Source: Thermoplasmata archaeon (GTDB lineage Archaea > Thermoplasmatota > Thermoplasmata > Lutacidiplasmatales > UBA184). From it: a stretch of DNA of 64,000 bases. The DNA lies in contig JAGWLG010000002.1 in NCBI GenBank assembly GCA_028864975.1, positions 125,481 through 189,480 on the forward strand. Reading direction: 5' to 3'. This document shows, in pieces, positions 18,529 through 28,604 of this stretch. The first letter of the stretch is position 1. The number at the start of each line of letters is the position of its first letter. A program made the translations under genes and the position numbers. A model generated the notes under the pieces. It saw only the letters and a program-made list of their open reading frames with translations. It was not told the origin of the DNA and ran no database searches.

Positions 18529-20211
18529 TTGACCGAACCTGTTCGGGAGGGGCCGGAGCGGCCCCCGGCTTCGAACGGACGCTTGGGGCCGGGCAACACC
18601 CCCTCCGGCTCGCCCTCTTCCTGGCCCGAGGTCGTCAACCTCACCAAGAGGGCCGCCATCCTCGCCTTGGTCGGCGTGCTGCTCGGTATCCTGATGGGTG
18701 CCTTGGACAATCTGGTCGTCCTGACGGCGATCGGCAACATTGCCAGGGACCTGAACGCGAGCAACGGGGTCCCCTTCGTCGTGAGTTCCTACCTCATCGC
18801 AGGGACCGTCGCGACGCCGATCTTCGGGAAGCTCTCCGACCACTATAGCCGCCGGAACTTCTTCATCCTTGGCCAAGCGATCTTCATCGCCGGCTCGCTC
18901 CTGGCCGCGCAGTCCAAGACGCTCAACGAGCTCATCGTGTTCCGGGCGATCCAGGGATTCGGCAGCGGAGCGTTCTTCCCCATCGGCCTCTCGATCATCG
19001 CGGTCATCTTCGACCCCCAGACCCGCGCGAAACTGACGGCGGCCATGTCGAGCGTCTTTGGTATCGCCATGGTCGTCGGGCCGGTCGTCGGGGCGTACAT
19101 CGTGACCTCCCTTTCGTGGCAGTGGATCTTCTACGTGAACCTCCCGATCGGGATCCTTTCGATCCTCGTCATGGTCACGAGCGTTGACGCCCTTCGCCCG
19201 AAGCTCCGGAAGAAGTTCGACACGATCGGATCGGTCCTCCTCGCGGGGTGGGTCACTCCGTTCATGCTCGCGCTCGTTCAGAACGCGGACAGTCGTTGGG
19301 CCTGGAGCGACCCCCGCATCCTCGGGCTCATGGCAGCTTTCATCGCGGTGTTCGTCCTGTTTGTCGTTTGGGAGCTCAGGACGGACGAACCCGTCGTGCC
19401 TCTGCGGTTCTTTGCGAAGAAGCTCGTCGCGGCGAGCGCCGGGGTCACGTTCCTCCGAGGGGTCACCTTCGTCGCAGTGTCGACCTTCGCGACCATCCTC
19501 GTCGTCTTCGTCCTTGGTGGAACACCGGACCAGGTTCGCGACGCTCTGTACTTTTTCGTCGTCCCGATGATCGTCGGGGCGACCGCCGGAGGCCAGCTGA
19601 TGCGGAAGCTCCCTTACCGCGCGATCACGGTCCCGGGAATGGCGTTGATGACCTTCGGCGCCCTGCTCCTCGCGAACCTCGACACGAACATGACCCTCTG
19701 GCCGATCCGAGGGGCTCAAGGGTTGTCCGACAACCTCGCGTTCGATCTCATCCCCATCGGGCTCGGGGTAGGGCTCACCTTCGCGACCACGGCACTCTCC
19801 GTCCAGTTCGCGGTCCCCTCCAAGGACATTGGTGCGGCCACGTCGCTCATCACCTTCCTTCAGAATCTGGGGGGTGCGGTGGGGGTCTCGGTGCTCTTCT
19901 CCTATGAGCAGTTCCGCTACAGCGGACCCCCGGTCCCGTCAGCACCCTCGGGAGTCTATTGTCCGCTCCCTCCCACAGCCAACCCCCCGCCCCCTGCGGC
20001 GTGCTTTCCCTACTACAACGCGCTATCGGCGCTACGCGTACCGACCGCCCACGCTTACATCGACACGTTCCAGCTGGCCTTCGTTCTGGCTCTGCTCGCC
20101 CTGATCTTCGCGTTCTTCATGGTCGGGAGGATGCCTCAGGGAAAACCGACGGAGAGCCTCGGGGCTGCACCCACGGAGGCTCCCGCTCCCTCCGCGACCG
20201 GCGCACTCTAG
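18529..20211 (+). CDS. MFS drug:H+ antiporter, DHA2 (EmrB/QacA) type
   Basis: MGALDNLVV, FGKLSDHYSRR, FRAIQGFG, WQWIFYVNLPIG; about 14 TM segments. Start uncertain (GTG 18517 or TTG 18529). Confidence 0.9.
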   Translation: MTEPVREGPERPPASNGRLGPGNTPSGSPSSWPEVVNLTKRAAILALVGVLLGILMGALDNLVVLTAIGNIARDLNASNGVPFVVSSYLIAGTVATPIFGKLSDHYSRRNFFILGQAIFIAGSLLAAQSKTLNELIVFRAIQGFGSGAFFPIGLSIIAVIFDPQTRAKLTAAMSSVFGIAMVVGPVVGAYIVTSLSWQWIFYVNLPIGILSILVMVTSVDALRPKLRKKFDTIGSVLLAGWVTPFMLALVQNADSRWAWSDPRILGLMAAFIAVFVLFVVWELRTDEPVVPLRFFAKKLVAASAGVTFLRGVTFVAVSTFATILVVFVLGGTPDQVRDALYFFVVPMIVGATAGGQLMRKLPYRAITVPGMALMTFGALLLANLDTNMTLWPIRGAQGLSDNLAFDLIPIGLGVGLTFATTALSVQFAVPSKDIGAATSLITFLQNLGGAVGVSVLFSYEQFRYSGPPVPSAPSGVYCPLPPTANPPPPAACFPYYNALSALRVPTAHAYIDTFQLAFVLALLALIFAFFMVGRMPQGKPTESLGAAPTEAPAPSATGAL

Positions 20212-22670
20212 GGCCCTTCGCTCCCATCCCGCGGGTCCGAGCGTGGAGCACCCCCGGACCGCTTTCGACGCCATACAACGGCCCCGAGCAGCAGCACCCC
20301 AAGCCCGGCGGCTCCCAGGACCGCAGCGAGCTCGAGCGTAGAGGGGGTGCGCGGTCCGGTCGAGGTCGGTGCAGGAGCGGGGCCTAAGGTCACCATGAAC
20401 GAGGTTGACGCATTTCCCTGGCGTGAGGGATAGGAGCTGTCGGTCACGACGACCGACGGTTGGTACCTCCCCACTTGATCCGGAGCGCAGGAGAGGTTCC
20501 CGCCTCCGATGGCCGAGCAGCCGGAAGGTAGACCTTGCCATGCGTAGGTGAACGGCGAGAGACCACCGGAGACCTCTACCGAGAGCCGCACGCTGTCCCC
20601 TAGGACCACCGTGGACGGTGTCGCACCGAGCTGCACGGGCAAGGGCGGAGGGGATGTGGGCACGGTCACGATGATCGCGATCGTAGTTTGGGTCGAGCGT
20701 CCGGAACCGTCCGTGACGGTCACAACGACCGTGTAGCTACCGGGAGAAGTGTAGGTGTGGGCGATGTCGAAACCCGTGCCCGAGGACGTGTCGCCGAAGT
20801 CCCAGGCGTAGGTGTACGGCGCCGTCCCTCCCGAGGCCGCGGCTGCGAAGCTCACGAGCAATGGGGCCGACCCGGTCTGGGGGGTTGCGGTTGCGGCCAA
20901 CGTGAGCCGGGGAGGGCTCCCAGCCGTCGCCTCGACCCCCAGCGACGCGGTCGAGGAAACCCCTGTCGCATCGGTCACCTTGAGCGTGGCCGTGTAGTTC
21001 CCGACCGTCCCGTACGTATGATTGGCCGTTGAGGCGAGGGCTCCGGTACCGTCGCCGAAGGCCCATACCCATCCGTACGGCGGCACTCCCCCTGTGGCCG
21101 AGCCCGAGAACGCCACGGCGAGGGGTGTGGCGCCAGTGAGGGGGGATCCTGTGGCGCGGGCGACCAGCGATGGCGGAGGGAAGGAGAGCGCAAGGTTCGC
21201 GAACCAATCGTTCTCTCCCGTCACGGGACCGGGGGTCGCGGCGGAGAGGATGAACCTCACGCCGCAGGTTGACCCAGGCGCGAAGGTCTCGTTGAGCGAA
21301 CGGTGGGACCACCCGATCCCCGTGGGGAGGAGGCCGGAGGAGAGAACGTACTTCGTACCGCACGAGAGGTTCTGCTGGGCGAGCGTGACGTTCCGTTCAT
21401 CCAGGTAGGCGTTGACCCCGACGTCCAACCGGGTGAGCGGGGCGTTCCACAGGCGAGTGATGGATGCGTTTCCCTCCAAGGTGACCGGACCAACCGCCCC
21501 TGTCGCATTGGCCGTGAACAGGGTGACGTTCATCCCGTCCAGAGAGGAAGGGGCACAGGCACCCACCGGAGGGGTTCCCGCATACGACCATCCCCCCGGG
21601 CAGAACGCCCACCCATCGGGGGCACCTCCCATGTCGAGCGTCCAGTTGGCCGAACGTGAGCCGTTGAAGAGAAAGTCGTGGAGCAACGCGCCGACCCCGG
21701 AGGGATAGTCCCAGCAGCCGTTCCCGACCGCCCAGTCGGCCATGGCCCAGAAGGCCGTGTGGGTGATGTTGTACGACTCCAGGATGTGGACCCGTTGCGA
21801 GAATCCTCCCAACCCAACGTCGCCGGGGCAAGGGACGCCGTTCCCCACGTCCCCGGAGAGCCCCTCGCCCAACCGGTCGCGTGGATACTGGCCCAGGTCC
21901 TTGTACAGGCGGTTCCAGAAGTAGTACCAGCTGTAGTAGTCCATGTCGTAGAAGACGTCCACCGAGGTGGCGGAGAGGTAGGTGGCGTTCCAGAGCTGAG
22001 GGTCGAACCATGCGACATCCACGGTGGTACGGATCCCCTGGGCGTGAGAGGCGTTCGCGAACTGCCAGAGAAGGTGAGCGTACTCCGCGGAGGTGTTGGC
22101 GGGAGGCGTTCCGCTCCCCGTCCCTTCGATGTCCCAGTTGTACCCTTCGTAGCCGCTGCTGTTCGCCGTGGCCATCGCAGCCTGGATGAAGGCTGGCCAC
22201 CAGTTCCGGTGATCGATGAGCGACAACGCATCCGACCCCGCGTTGTCGGCACTGTTGATCATGGGGATCACGTCGAGGCCCAGAGCGTGACCCGTCGCGG
22301 AGGTCTGGTCCGGGCACTGGCAATAGATGGAGCCTGTGGAGGTCACGAAGTACTGGATGTACGAGACCCCGGACTCGTTCTCGGCCATCCTCCCCAGTTC
22401 CGTGAGCCCCTGGTTCAACGAGAGCCCACATCCATTGCAGAGCCAGGGCATGTTCTCCCGTTCGAGCGTGACGTAGGGGGACGCAGCGCTCCGCGGACCC
22501 ATGTCGGAGGCATGACGTCCCAGCTCCCAGTCGGTCAGCGCACGTTCCGAGAGCTCCGTGATCGCGGCGGGGCTCCTTGCGGGCACATGACCGGAAACTG
22601 GTGGCGGAAGCAGGAGCAGGAGCGCGAACGCGAGGGGCGCCCATGGCGAGAAGGTCCTAGGCACGGTCAC
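20208..22670 (-). CDS. Secreted, C-terminally anchored GH18 glycoside hydrolase-like protein with PKD domains
   Basis: Signal peptide WAPLAFALLLLLPPPVSG; EGYNWDIE (GH18 DxxDxDxE-like), TVDVAW, DVFYDMDY; WAFGDG and WDFGD PKD repeats; C-terminal TM followed by RRKR. Start estimated at GTG 22670. Confidence 0.7.
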   Translation of the reverse strand: MTVPRTFSPWAPLAFALLLLLPPPVSGHVPARSPAAITELSERALTDWELGRHASDMGPRSAASPYVTLERENMPWLCNGCGLSLNQGLTELGRMAENESGVSYIQYFVTSTGSIYCQCPDQTSATGHALGLDVIPMINSADNAGSDALSLIDHRNWWPAFIQAAMATANSSGYEGYNWDIEGTGSGTPPANTSAEYAHLLWQFANASHAQGIRTTVDVAWFDPQLWNATYLSATSVDVFYDMDYYSWYYFWNRLYKDLGQYPRDRLGEGLSGDVGNGVPCPGDVGLGGFSQRVHILESYNITHTAFWAMADWAVGNGCWDYPSGVGALLHDFLFNGSRSANWTLDMGGAPDGWAFCPGGWSYAGTPPVGACAPSSLDGMNVTLFTANATGAVGPVTLEGNASITRLWNAPLTRLDVGVNAYLDERNVTLAQQNLSCGTKYVLSSGLLPTGIGWSHRSLNETFAPGSTCGVRFILSAATPGPVTGENDWFANLALSFPPPSLVARATGSPLTGATPLAVAFSGSATGGVPPYGWVWAFGDGTGALASTANHTYGTVGNYTATLKVTDATGVSSTASLGVEATAGSPPRLTLAATATPQTGSAPLLVSFAAAASGGTAPYTYAWDFGDTSSGTGFDIAHTYTSPGSYTVVVTVTDGSGRSTQTTIAIIVTVPTSPPPLPVQLGATPSTVVLGDSVRLSVEVSGGLSPFTYAWQGLPSGCSAIGGGNLSCAPDQVGRYQPSVVVTDSSYPSRQGNASTSFMVTLGPAPAPTSTGPRTPSTLELAAVLGAAGLGVLLLGAVVWRRKRSGGAPRSDPRDGSEGP

Positions 22671-22779
22671 GTCCGAGAGGAGCTTCGTTGTCCACAGGAT
22701 GAACGTTGGGTGGGTCCGGACGCGGCGGCGCTCTGTTCCGGCGCCCGAGGGCGGAAACAGCACACGCCCCGCGTACGAC

Positions 22780-23442
22780 CTATGGTATCCATCCGAGGCT
22801 TCGGAGGTACCGCCGGGCACTGGGCACCCCGTGGATCGGAGGGAAGGTCTGCGCGTTCCAGCCGGCCTCCCGAGCCGCGCGAACGTTGTTCGGCAGGTCG
22901 TCGAAGAGGCAAATCTGGGCGGCAGGGACGCCGAGCCTAGCTCGCGCCCGGTGGAAGGCGAGGGGGCTAGGCTTGGTCGCTCGGAGCTGATACGATAGGA
23001 GATGCGGGTCGAAGCCCCGGCTCCACGCGCGGGAGAAGTACCGACGGTGCGACGCCTCGGTGTTGGAGAACAAGGCGGTCCTCAGACCGGCCCTGCGAAG
23101 TTCGGCTGCCCAGGCCACGACCGCGCGTTGAGGTCGGGCCCTCTTCTCCAAGAGCTTCCACCAGGATTCACGGATCGCCCGGGAGATCGGCCGGCCGAGC
23201 TCTTTCGCGAAGCGGTCCCAGAAGGCGTCGAGGTCGATCCTCCCTGATTGTAACGGGGGGCGGAACCGTAGAAGGAGCTCCTGGAGGAGGGCCGGCGGCT
23301 CTCCGAGCTCCCGTGCGGCCCTGTCCATGACCAACCGGTCGTCCCAGTGGATGAGCACCCCTCCTACGTCAAAGACCACGAATCGGGGCGACGGGGTGCG
23401 TTCCGCCTTGCTCGCTCCTGCACCCCGGGACCGGCGGGCCAT
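22780..23442 (-). CDS. HAD-superfamily phosphatase (YihX-like)
   Basis: FDVGGV (motif I), FSNT, TKP, FDDLPNN. ATG 23442. Confidence 0.85.
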   Translation of the reverse strand: MARRSRGAGASKAERTPSPRFVVFDVGGVLIHWDDRLVMDRAARELGEPPALLQELLLRFRPPLQSGRIDLDAFWDRFAKELGRPISRAIRESWWKLLEKRARPQRAVVAWAAELRRAGLRTALFSNTEASHRRYFSRAWSRGFDPHLLSYQLRATKPSPLAFHRARARLGVPAAQICLFDDLPNNVRAAREAGWNAQTFPPIHGVPSARRYLRSLGWIP

Positions 23443-23582
23443 GTCCTGCGCAGCAAACGTCGGATATGAGGGCGGGCAGGACCCGTGGCGGAAGCTCTCG
23501 GGCTCCCCCTTTGAGGAGAACAAGCGCCGCTACGGACGACCCCTGGGAAGGCACCCCAGCTCCGGGCCCATGAGCACGTCCC

Positions 23583-25334
23583 TCATCCTCCTCGTCGAGC
23601 GGGCCGGGCCGAGGGACCCTTGGGACGCTCCTTCGGTCGGGTCGAGTCAGGTGAGGGGGAGCCCACCGGGACGATACCGAACGAAGGGTCCCTTGAGTTC
23701 ATGACCTGCGCCCGAGGCGTCCAGCCTCTACGGGCGACCCCCGCCGCGAGTAGAAGCCGTGGCAGCTCCTCGGGCTGCCGCGGGAGCCCACTAAGCGCAA
23801 CCTGCAGTCCCGAGAGGGCGAGCTCGTGGACCTTCGCGGTCTCGACCGCTACCTTCTCGTGCGTGACCGCCACCTCGACCGCGGCGAAGGGACTCGGCTC
23901 GGACAGAAGATCCTTCCACTCCAGCCCCGAACTGGCCAAGGTCTCCGGGTCGACGTGGCCGAGGACGGCAGGAGTGGACGGAGGATTCCCCACGAGGGCT
24001 TGCCACCACTCCCGAGGGGAGGAGATGCGATGGGTAGGAGGTCGCACGACAACGAAGTCCGTACCCTCAGGGATGGGGGGCCAGCCCTGCGGATCGAGGA
24101 GCACTTCGACTGCCAAGAGCAGCCGAACGTCGGAGGGCCTCTTCGGGAGGGCCGCACGGAGGTCGTCGAGGGTCGTCCGCTTCGCTTGTAGGTCCTGCTC
24201 GCGGACGACGAAACCTCCGTAGCGAAGTCCCAGGCTTCGAAGAGCCTCGACCCACGGAGCAACGTCCTCGACCCCCATCGAGGGGGGAACGTGGATGTGG
24301 TATTCGCCCGTGAGGTCTCGGTCGGATGCGATGGGCGGCACCTCTCCCCTCGCCGCTGCCTCGATCTCCCCCTGGTCCTCTCTCAGCTCCGGAGGGATCC
24401 AGGGGAGGCCCACCGCGGCGTAGACCTCCTCCTCGGTGCGAGCCGGGACGAGCTTTTCGTCCCGGGTGAGGCCATACTCGTTGATGCTGAGACCCTTCTT
24501 GTTCGCGAGAGAGCGGAGATGGACGTTGTGGTCCTTGGACCCGGTGAAGTACTGCAAGGCCGCGCCGAACGCCTCGGGCGCGACGACCCGCAGGTCGACC
24601 TGAAGCCCTTCCTTGAGCACCACGGTCGACTTCGTTTCTCCCGACAGTCGGACCTCCCCAACTTCCTCCAAATGAACGAACCGGTCCATGACCTCCTTCG
24701 GTCGGGACGAGGTGGCCAGCAGGTCGAGGTCGCCCACCGTTTCCCGCCTTCGCCGTAGGCTACCAGCGAAGAGGAGCTGTTCGAAGGGGGCACCAGACCC
24801 GCGCAGGGAAGCGAGCAGGTCGTCCGCCGCCGCCTGGGCCATGGGAAGCGGGATCCGTCGCTCTCCCGACCTCGGGGAAGGAGAGGTGCGTGCGCGGGCG
24901 AGCGCCCTCTGGAAGAGTTCGATCTTCCGGTCGCCGAACCCGAAGACTCCGCGAAGCTTTCCGTCGCGGATGAGCTTCTCCAGGTCCTCGGGACCGGTGA
25001 CCTGGAACTCGACGAAGAACCGACGGGTGGTCTTGGGACCGATGCCCTCGAGCCGCATGAGCTCTAAGAGACCGGGGGGCCACTGCTGCCGGAGCTTCTC
25101 GAGGTAGGGCACACTCCCGGTGGCCACGTACTCGCGGACCTTCTCGGAGAGCGCCTCACCGATACCCGGTACCTCGTCGACCTTCCCGGTCCTGACCAGG
25201 TCCTTCACGTCGGTCGGTAGTTGCTGCAGGGTCCGAGCCGCGCGCCGGTAGGCCTCCGGCTTGAACTTTACCCCCTCGAGATCGAGGAGGTCCGCGATCT
25301 CGAGGAAGATCTCGGCGATCCCTTCGTTCGCCAT
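23583..25334 (-). CDS. polX: Family X DNA polymerase with degenerate PHP domain
   Basis: 8-kDa HhH domain (AYRRAA, VPGIG), [41 protein letters not shown] 25334 lies about 28 nt downstream of a CTATAT box. Confidence 0.9.
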   Translation of the reverse strand: MANEGIAEIFLEIADLLDLEGVKFKPEAYRRAARTLQQLPTDVKDLVRTGKVDEVPGIGEALSEKVREYVATGSVPYLEKLRQQWPPGLLELMRLEGIGPKTTRRFFVEFQVTGPEDLEKLIRDGKLRGVFGFGDRKIELFQRALARARTSPSPRSGERRIPLPMAQAAADDLLASLRGSGAPFEQLLFAGSLRRRRETVGDLDLLATSSRPKEVMDRFVHLEEVGEVRLSGETKSTVVLKEGLQVDLRVVAPEAFGAALQYFTGSKDHNVHLRSLANKKGLSINEYGLTRDEKLVPARTEEEVYAAVGLPWIPPELREDQGEIEAAARGEVPPIASDRDLTGEYHIHVPPSMGVEDVAPWVEALRSLGLRYGGFVVREQDLQAKRTTLDDLRAALPKRPSDVRLLLAVEVLLDPQGWPPIPEGTDFVVVRPPTHRISSPREWWQALVGNPPSTPAVLGHVDPETLASSGLEWKDLLSEPSPFAAVEVAVTHEKVAVETAKVHELALSGLQVALSGLPRQPEELPRLLLAAGVARRGWTPRAQVMNSRDPSFGIVPVGSPSPDSTRPKERPKGPSARPARRGG

Positions 25335-25440
25335 GATGGCGGGAGCACATCTTGGGCCGATATAGGGGGCGTCCACCCCCGCCACCCAGGTCAGGTCGAG
25401 GCAGAAGCTTGAGATGGTCCACCGGGATGTTTGCGTGTTC

Positions 25441-26913
25441 ATGACGAGCACAGCCTTCGTCCTGGCCGTCGCGGGCGGGGCTCTCCTCGTGGCCTTCACC
25501 GCGGACGTGATCGCACGTCGCCTGGGCTTCCCCGACGTGCTCTTCGTCCTGGCCGTCGGGGTCCTGGTCGGGCTGGCCGGGCCGACCCTGCACTTCACGA
25601 TCTCCACGCTGCTCTCCTTCGCTCCCTACCTGGGAACGGCCGCTCTCGCGTTGATCCTCTTCGACGCGGGGCTCGATCTGGAGGAGTCCAAGCTCGAGAA
25701 CGTCCCTTCCAACGCCGCGTTGCTCGCGGTCCTTTCCGTCGGTCTCGCGTTCGCCGTGACCTTCCCCGTCGCGTATCTCTACCTCACCGGGAGGTCGCTC
25801 CTGCTCTCCCTCGTGTTCGCGGGCGCCCTCTCCTGCACGTCGAGCGCCGTGGTCGTGCCCGTGGCGTCCCGGATGTCCCTCCCTTCCACCGCGCGTTCTA
25901 TCGTGCACGTCTCCTCCGCGCTCGAGGACACCATCGCCGTGGTGCTCGTCACGACGCTCATGGTCCTCCTCCTTCCCGCCTCCAATGGGGTACCGGTGGT
26001 GGCCCTCGTGTTGCTGCCCCTGCCGCTGGGGGCCCTGGGGGGATTCCTGGGGGGACTTGCCTGGATCGAAGCGACCCTACGCTGGCAGAACCGTCCGTTC
26101 TTCTCGATGGCCACGGTGGGATTCCTGTTCGCCCTGGTGGGGGCTGTGACCGCTCTGGGTGGAGCGGGGATCCTCTCTGCATTGGTCTTCGGGGTCGTCC
26201 TGGGCAACGGTCAGTGGATCCGCGACCGGCTGAAGTGGAAGGGCGACTTCGTCCTCATGGTCCAGGTTCGGCAGTTCCAGACGGAGGTCGCGTTCCTGCT
26301 TCGCGCCTTCTTCATGCTGGTCCTCGGTATGCTCGTCGGGTTCGCGGCCGGCTCCCTCGAGCTGATGCTCGTGGGCGGGGTGCTCGCCGCCCTCGTCCTC
26401 GCCACCCGGGCGACCGCGGTGGAAGGCTTCCTGCGCATCTCGAAACGCCCGCGCAGCTGGAACCTTCCTTTCACCGCCCTTGGCGCGCGCGGGCTCACCA
26501 GCGCGGTCCTGGTGATCCTACCGGTGACCGTGGGGCTGGTCCCGTCCACCGCTTCCTTCCTGACCCCCACCCTCGTTGTGGTCGTCGCGACCGTGGCCGC
26601 CACTAGTATCGGCGTCCTCCTCTACGAACGGGTCCCGTCCATTCACGACGGAAGCTTCGGCGAGAGGGTCCAAAAGGCTCCTATGTCGCGGGAGGATCTG
26701 GAACGCCTCTACCGTTCAGGTCCCGGCGGGGCGGGCACTACTCACCCCTCACAGTCTGCCGATGGCCCGATGCGTGGTGTCGACCGCCCGCCCGGTGGCG
26801 CGGCCGCCCCAGGTTCGCCCGAGGAGTCTCGACCCGTGGTCGCTGCGGCACCGCCCCTCTTCGACGGGCAATCCCCCCCGCCACTTCCGGTTCGTCCTCC
26901 ACGCGGCGGGTGA
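25441..26913 (+). CDS. Cation:proton antiporter (CPA1, NhaP-like)
   Basis: About 12-13 TM segments; LILFDAGLDL, SCTSSAVVVP, SSALEDT, ARGLTSAVL. Confidence 0.85.
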   Translation: MTSTAFVLAVAGGALLVAFTADVIARRLGFPDVLFVLAVGVLVGLAGPTLHFTISTLLSFAPYLGTAALALILFDAGLDLEESKLENVPSNAALLAVLSVGLAFAVTFPVAYLYLTGRSLLLSLVFAGALSCTSSAVVVPVASRMSLPSTARSIVHVSSALEDTIAVVLVTTLMVLLLPASNGVPVVALVLLPLPLGALGGFLGGLAWIEATLRWQNRPFFSMATVGFLFALVGAVTALGGAGILSALVFGVVLGNGQWIRDRLKWKGDFVLMVQVRQFQTEVAFLLRAFFMLVLGMLVGFAAGSLELMLVGGVLAALVLATRATAVEGFLRISKRPRSWNLPFTALGARGLTSAVLVILPVTVGLVPSTASFLTPTLVVVVATVAATSIGVLLYERVPSIHDGSFGERVQKAPMSREDLERLYRSGPGGAGTTHPSQSADGPMRGVDRPPGGAAAPGSPEESRPVVAAAPPLFDGQSPPPLPVRPPRGG

Positions 26914-27144
26914 ACCCCGAGTCGAGCGACGGTTAGGGTGGGAGTCCTCCTGGGGCGCCTACCCGAGTGAACGAGGCCCCAATGAGGTACGGTCAATCAG
27001 GGCCTTGCGAGCGCTGGACCTCTCGAGACCCTACCGGAGCCGTGGACGACATTGGAACAACGGGTCGCTCCTCCGCAGGGACGGGAGCCGTCGCTCTCGC
27101 AATCGCGGCGCATGGTTATCGGGTCGGTCCCACTCTCCTCTACG

Positions 27145-28137
27145 GTGCACCGAACCCGTCCTTCCCCGTCCCTGGGGAGCCACTTGGGGTCCCTCGCTTC
27201 ACACTTTCCGTACGAGCGCTCGCTCCCTCAGGACCCTCTCGCCATGGTCCGTCCCTTTGCCGCCGACGCTCGGTCGGCCGAGATCGCGGGGATCCTAGCC
27301 TCCACGGTCGCCGTAGGGAACGTGAAGGCCATCCGACGCGCGCTCGTAATCCTGTTCGATCGCATGGGGGAATCGCCCCGTCGGTACATCGAAGGCTTCC
27401 CCGCCCGACGTTGGAGGATCGCTCTTCACCCGTGGCAGCATCGATGGATCCGCGCGGACCAGATCGGATTCCTCTGCGTACGGCTCCAGGAGATCTACGC
27501 TCGGTACCCTGGGGGACTGGAGGAGGTCGTCCTACGTGGGATGGCGGAGGCGGGAGAACTTGCCGCCCCCGAGGAGAAGTGCGCCCACGGGCTGCACGCG
27601 CTCTCAGAGGCGCTCCGCTGGGGTTCGGTGGATCGCGCGCCGACGGTCTTCGAACCTCCTCCAGGTTATCTGCGTCTCTTCCCGAGCCCGCTCGGGCCCG
27701 GAGAACCTGCCTGCAAGCGCGAAGCGCTCTTCCTCCGGTGGATGGTGCGTCGCGGTTTTCCGGATCTGGGGCTATGGAAGTCGGTCGCTCCATCCGACCT
27801 TCAGATCCCCCTGGACACCCACGTGTACTGGATCGCCTATCATCTCGGACTGACCCGGCGAAGGACCCGGAACTGGCGAACGGTGGTCGAGATCACCCGA
27901 GGATTGCGTCGGTTCGATGCCCAGGACCCCGTGAGGTTCGACTTCGTCCTTGCTCACACCGGCATCTCCGGGGACTGCCCCAAGCGGCGAGACCCCGAGG
28001 TCTGCGCACCCTGCGCCGTTCGGGCGGACTGCGACCTGTGGCGGGGCCGTCGGATCCTCTTCAGCGCGCCCCCGCGCTGTCCGCCGGCCAACGCCCCGGC
28101 TCCGGCGGTCTCGAACCGGTCGAGGGTCGCCGCATGA
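27145..28137 (+). CDS. TIGR02757/DUF2400-family (HhH-GPD-related) protein with C-terminal 4-Cys cluster
   Basis: ACKREALFLRWMVR, DLGLW, IPLDTHV, DPVRFDF, then CPKRRDPEVCAPCAVRADC. GTG 27145 lies about 27 nt after a GTTAT box. Confidence 0.8.
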   Translation: MHRTRPSPSLGSHLGSLASHFPYERSLPQDPLAMVRPFAADARSAEIAGILASTVAVGNVKAIRRALVILFDRMGESPRRYIEGFPARRWRIALHPWQHRWIRADQIGFLCVRLQEIYARYPGGLEEVVLRGMAEAGELAAPEEKCAHGLHALSEALRWGSVDRAPTVFEPPPGYLRLFPSPLGPGEPACKREALFLRWMVRRGFPDLGLWKSVAPSDLQIPLDTHVYWIAYHLGLTRRRTRNWRTVVEITRGLRRFDAQDPVRFDFVLAHTGISGDCPKRRDPEVCAPCAVRADCDLWRGRRILFSAPPRCPPANAPAPAVSNRSRVAA

Positions 28138-28583
28138 AGTCCTGGCGGGGGGCGGACCTCGACCCCGAGCTCATCGAGAGCTGTCGCGCTTACGCCCAAG
28201 GGATCTCCCTCGGGACGGAGCACGAGGAGGTCCTTCCCGGCAACAAAGGTGTGGTGCGTCGCATCCGGGTCTCCCATGGGGAGCAGTCGGTGATACGAAC
28301 GGAGGTCCGTTCCATGCTCACCGAGCGGATCTTCGTCGACGCCACCCCTCTCGGAGCGGTCCTCCTGCTGCTCGAGATCGCGAGGCGACGGGATGCCCCG
28401 AAGCTCCTGGTCGTGCGATCGGGGGAGACGGCCGGAGAGTACGCTCAGGGGGCGATCGAGATCGCCTGGGGCGCGGTCATGCTGGAGGGGAGCGGGGTCT
28501 CGCTCTGGGGTGGGGGGCTTCCCGGGGACCCCCGACGGTTGGACATGACCGAGCTCATCTCCCTCGCGGAGACCGTGCTCTGA
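28134..28583 (+). CDS. Hypothetical protein (149 aa), translationally coupled to the DUF2400 gene
   Basis: ATGA overlap at 28134-28137; host-like codon usage; no recognised motif. Confidence 0.7.
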   Translation: MKSWRGADLDPELIESCRAYAQGISLGTEHEEVLPGNKGVVRRIRVSHGEQSVIRTEVRSMLTERIFVDATPLGAVLLLLEIARRRDAPKLLVVRSGETAGEYAQGAIEIAWGAVMLEGSGVSLWGGGLPGDPRRLDMTELISLAETVL

Positions 28584-28604
28584 GCACCCGAAGGCGGAGG
28601 ACGT

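Noticed and set aside
26914-27144. Possible small ORF or ncRNA in the 230-nt gap after the antiporter
   Set aside because: Only short, non-host-like ORFs and no convincing structure; best read as terminator plus promoter region.
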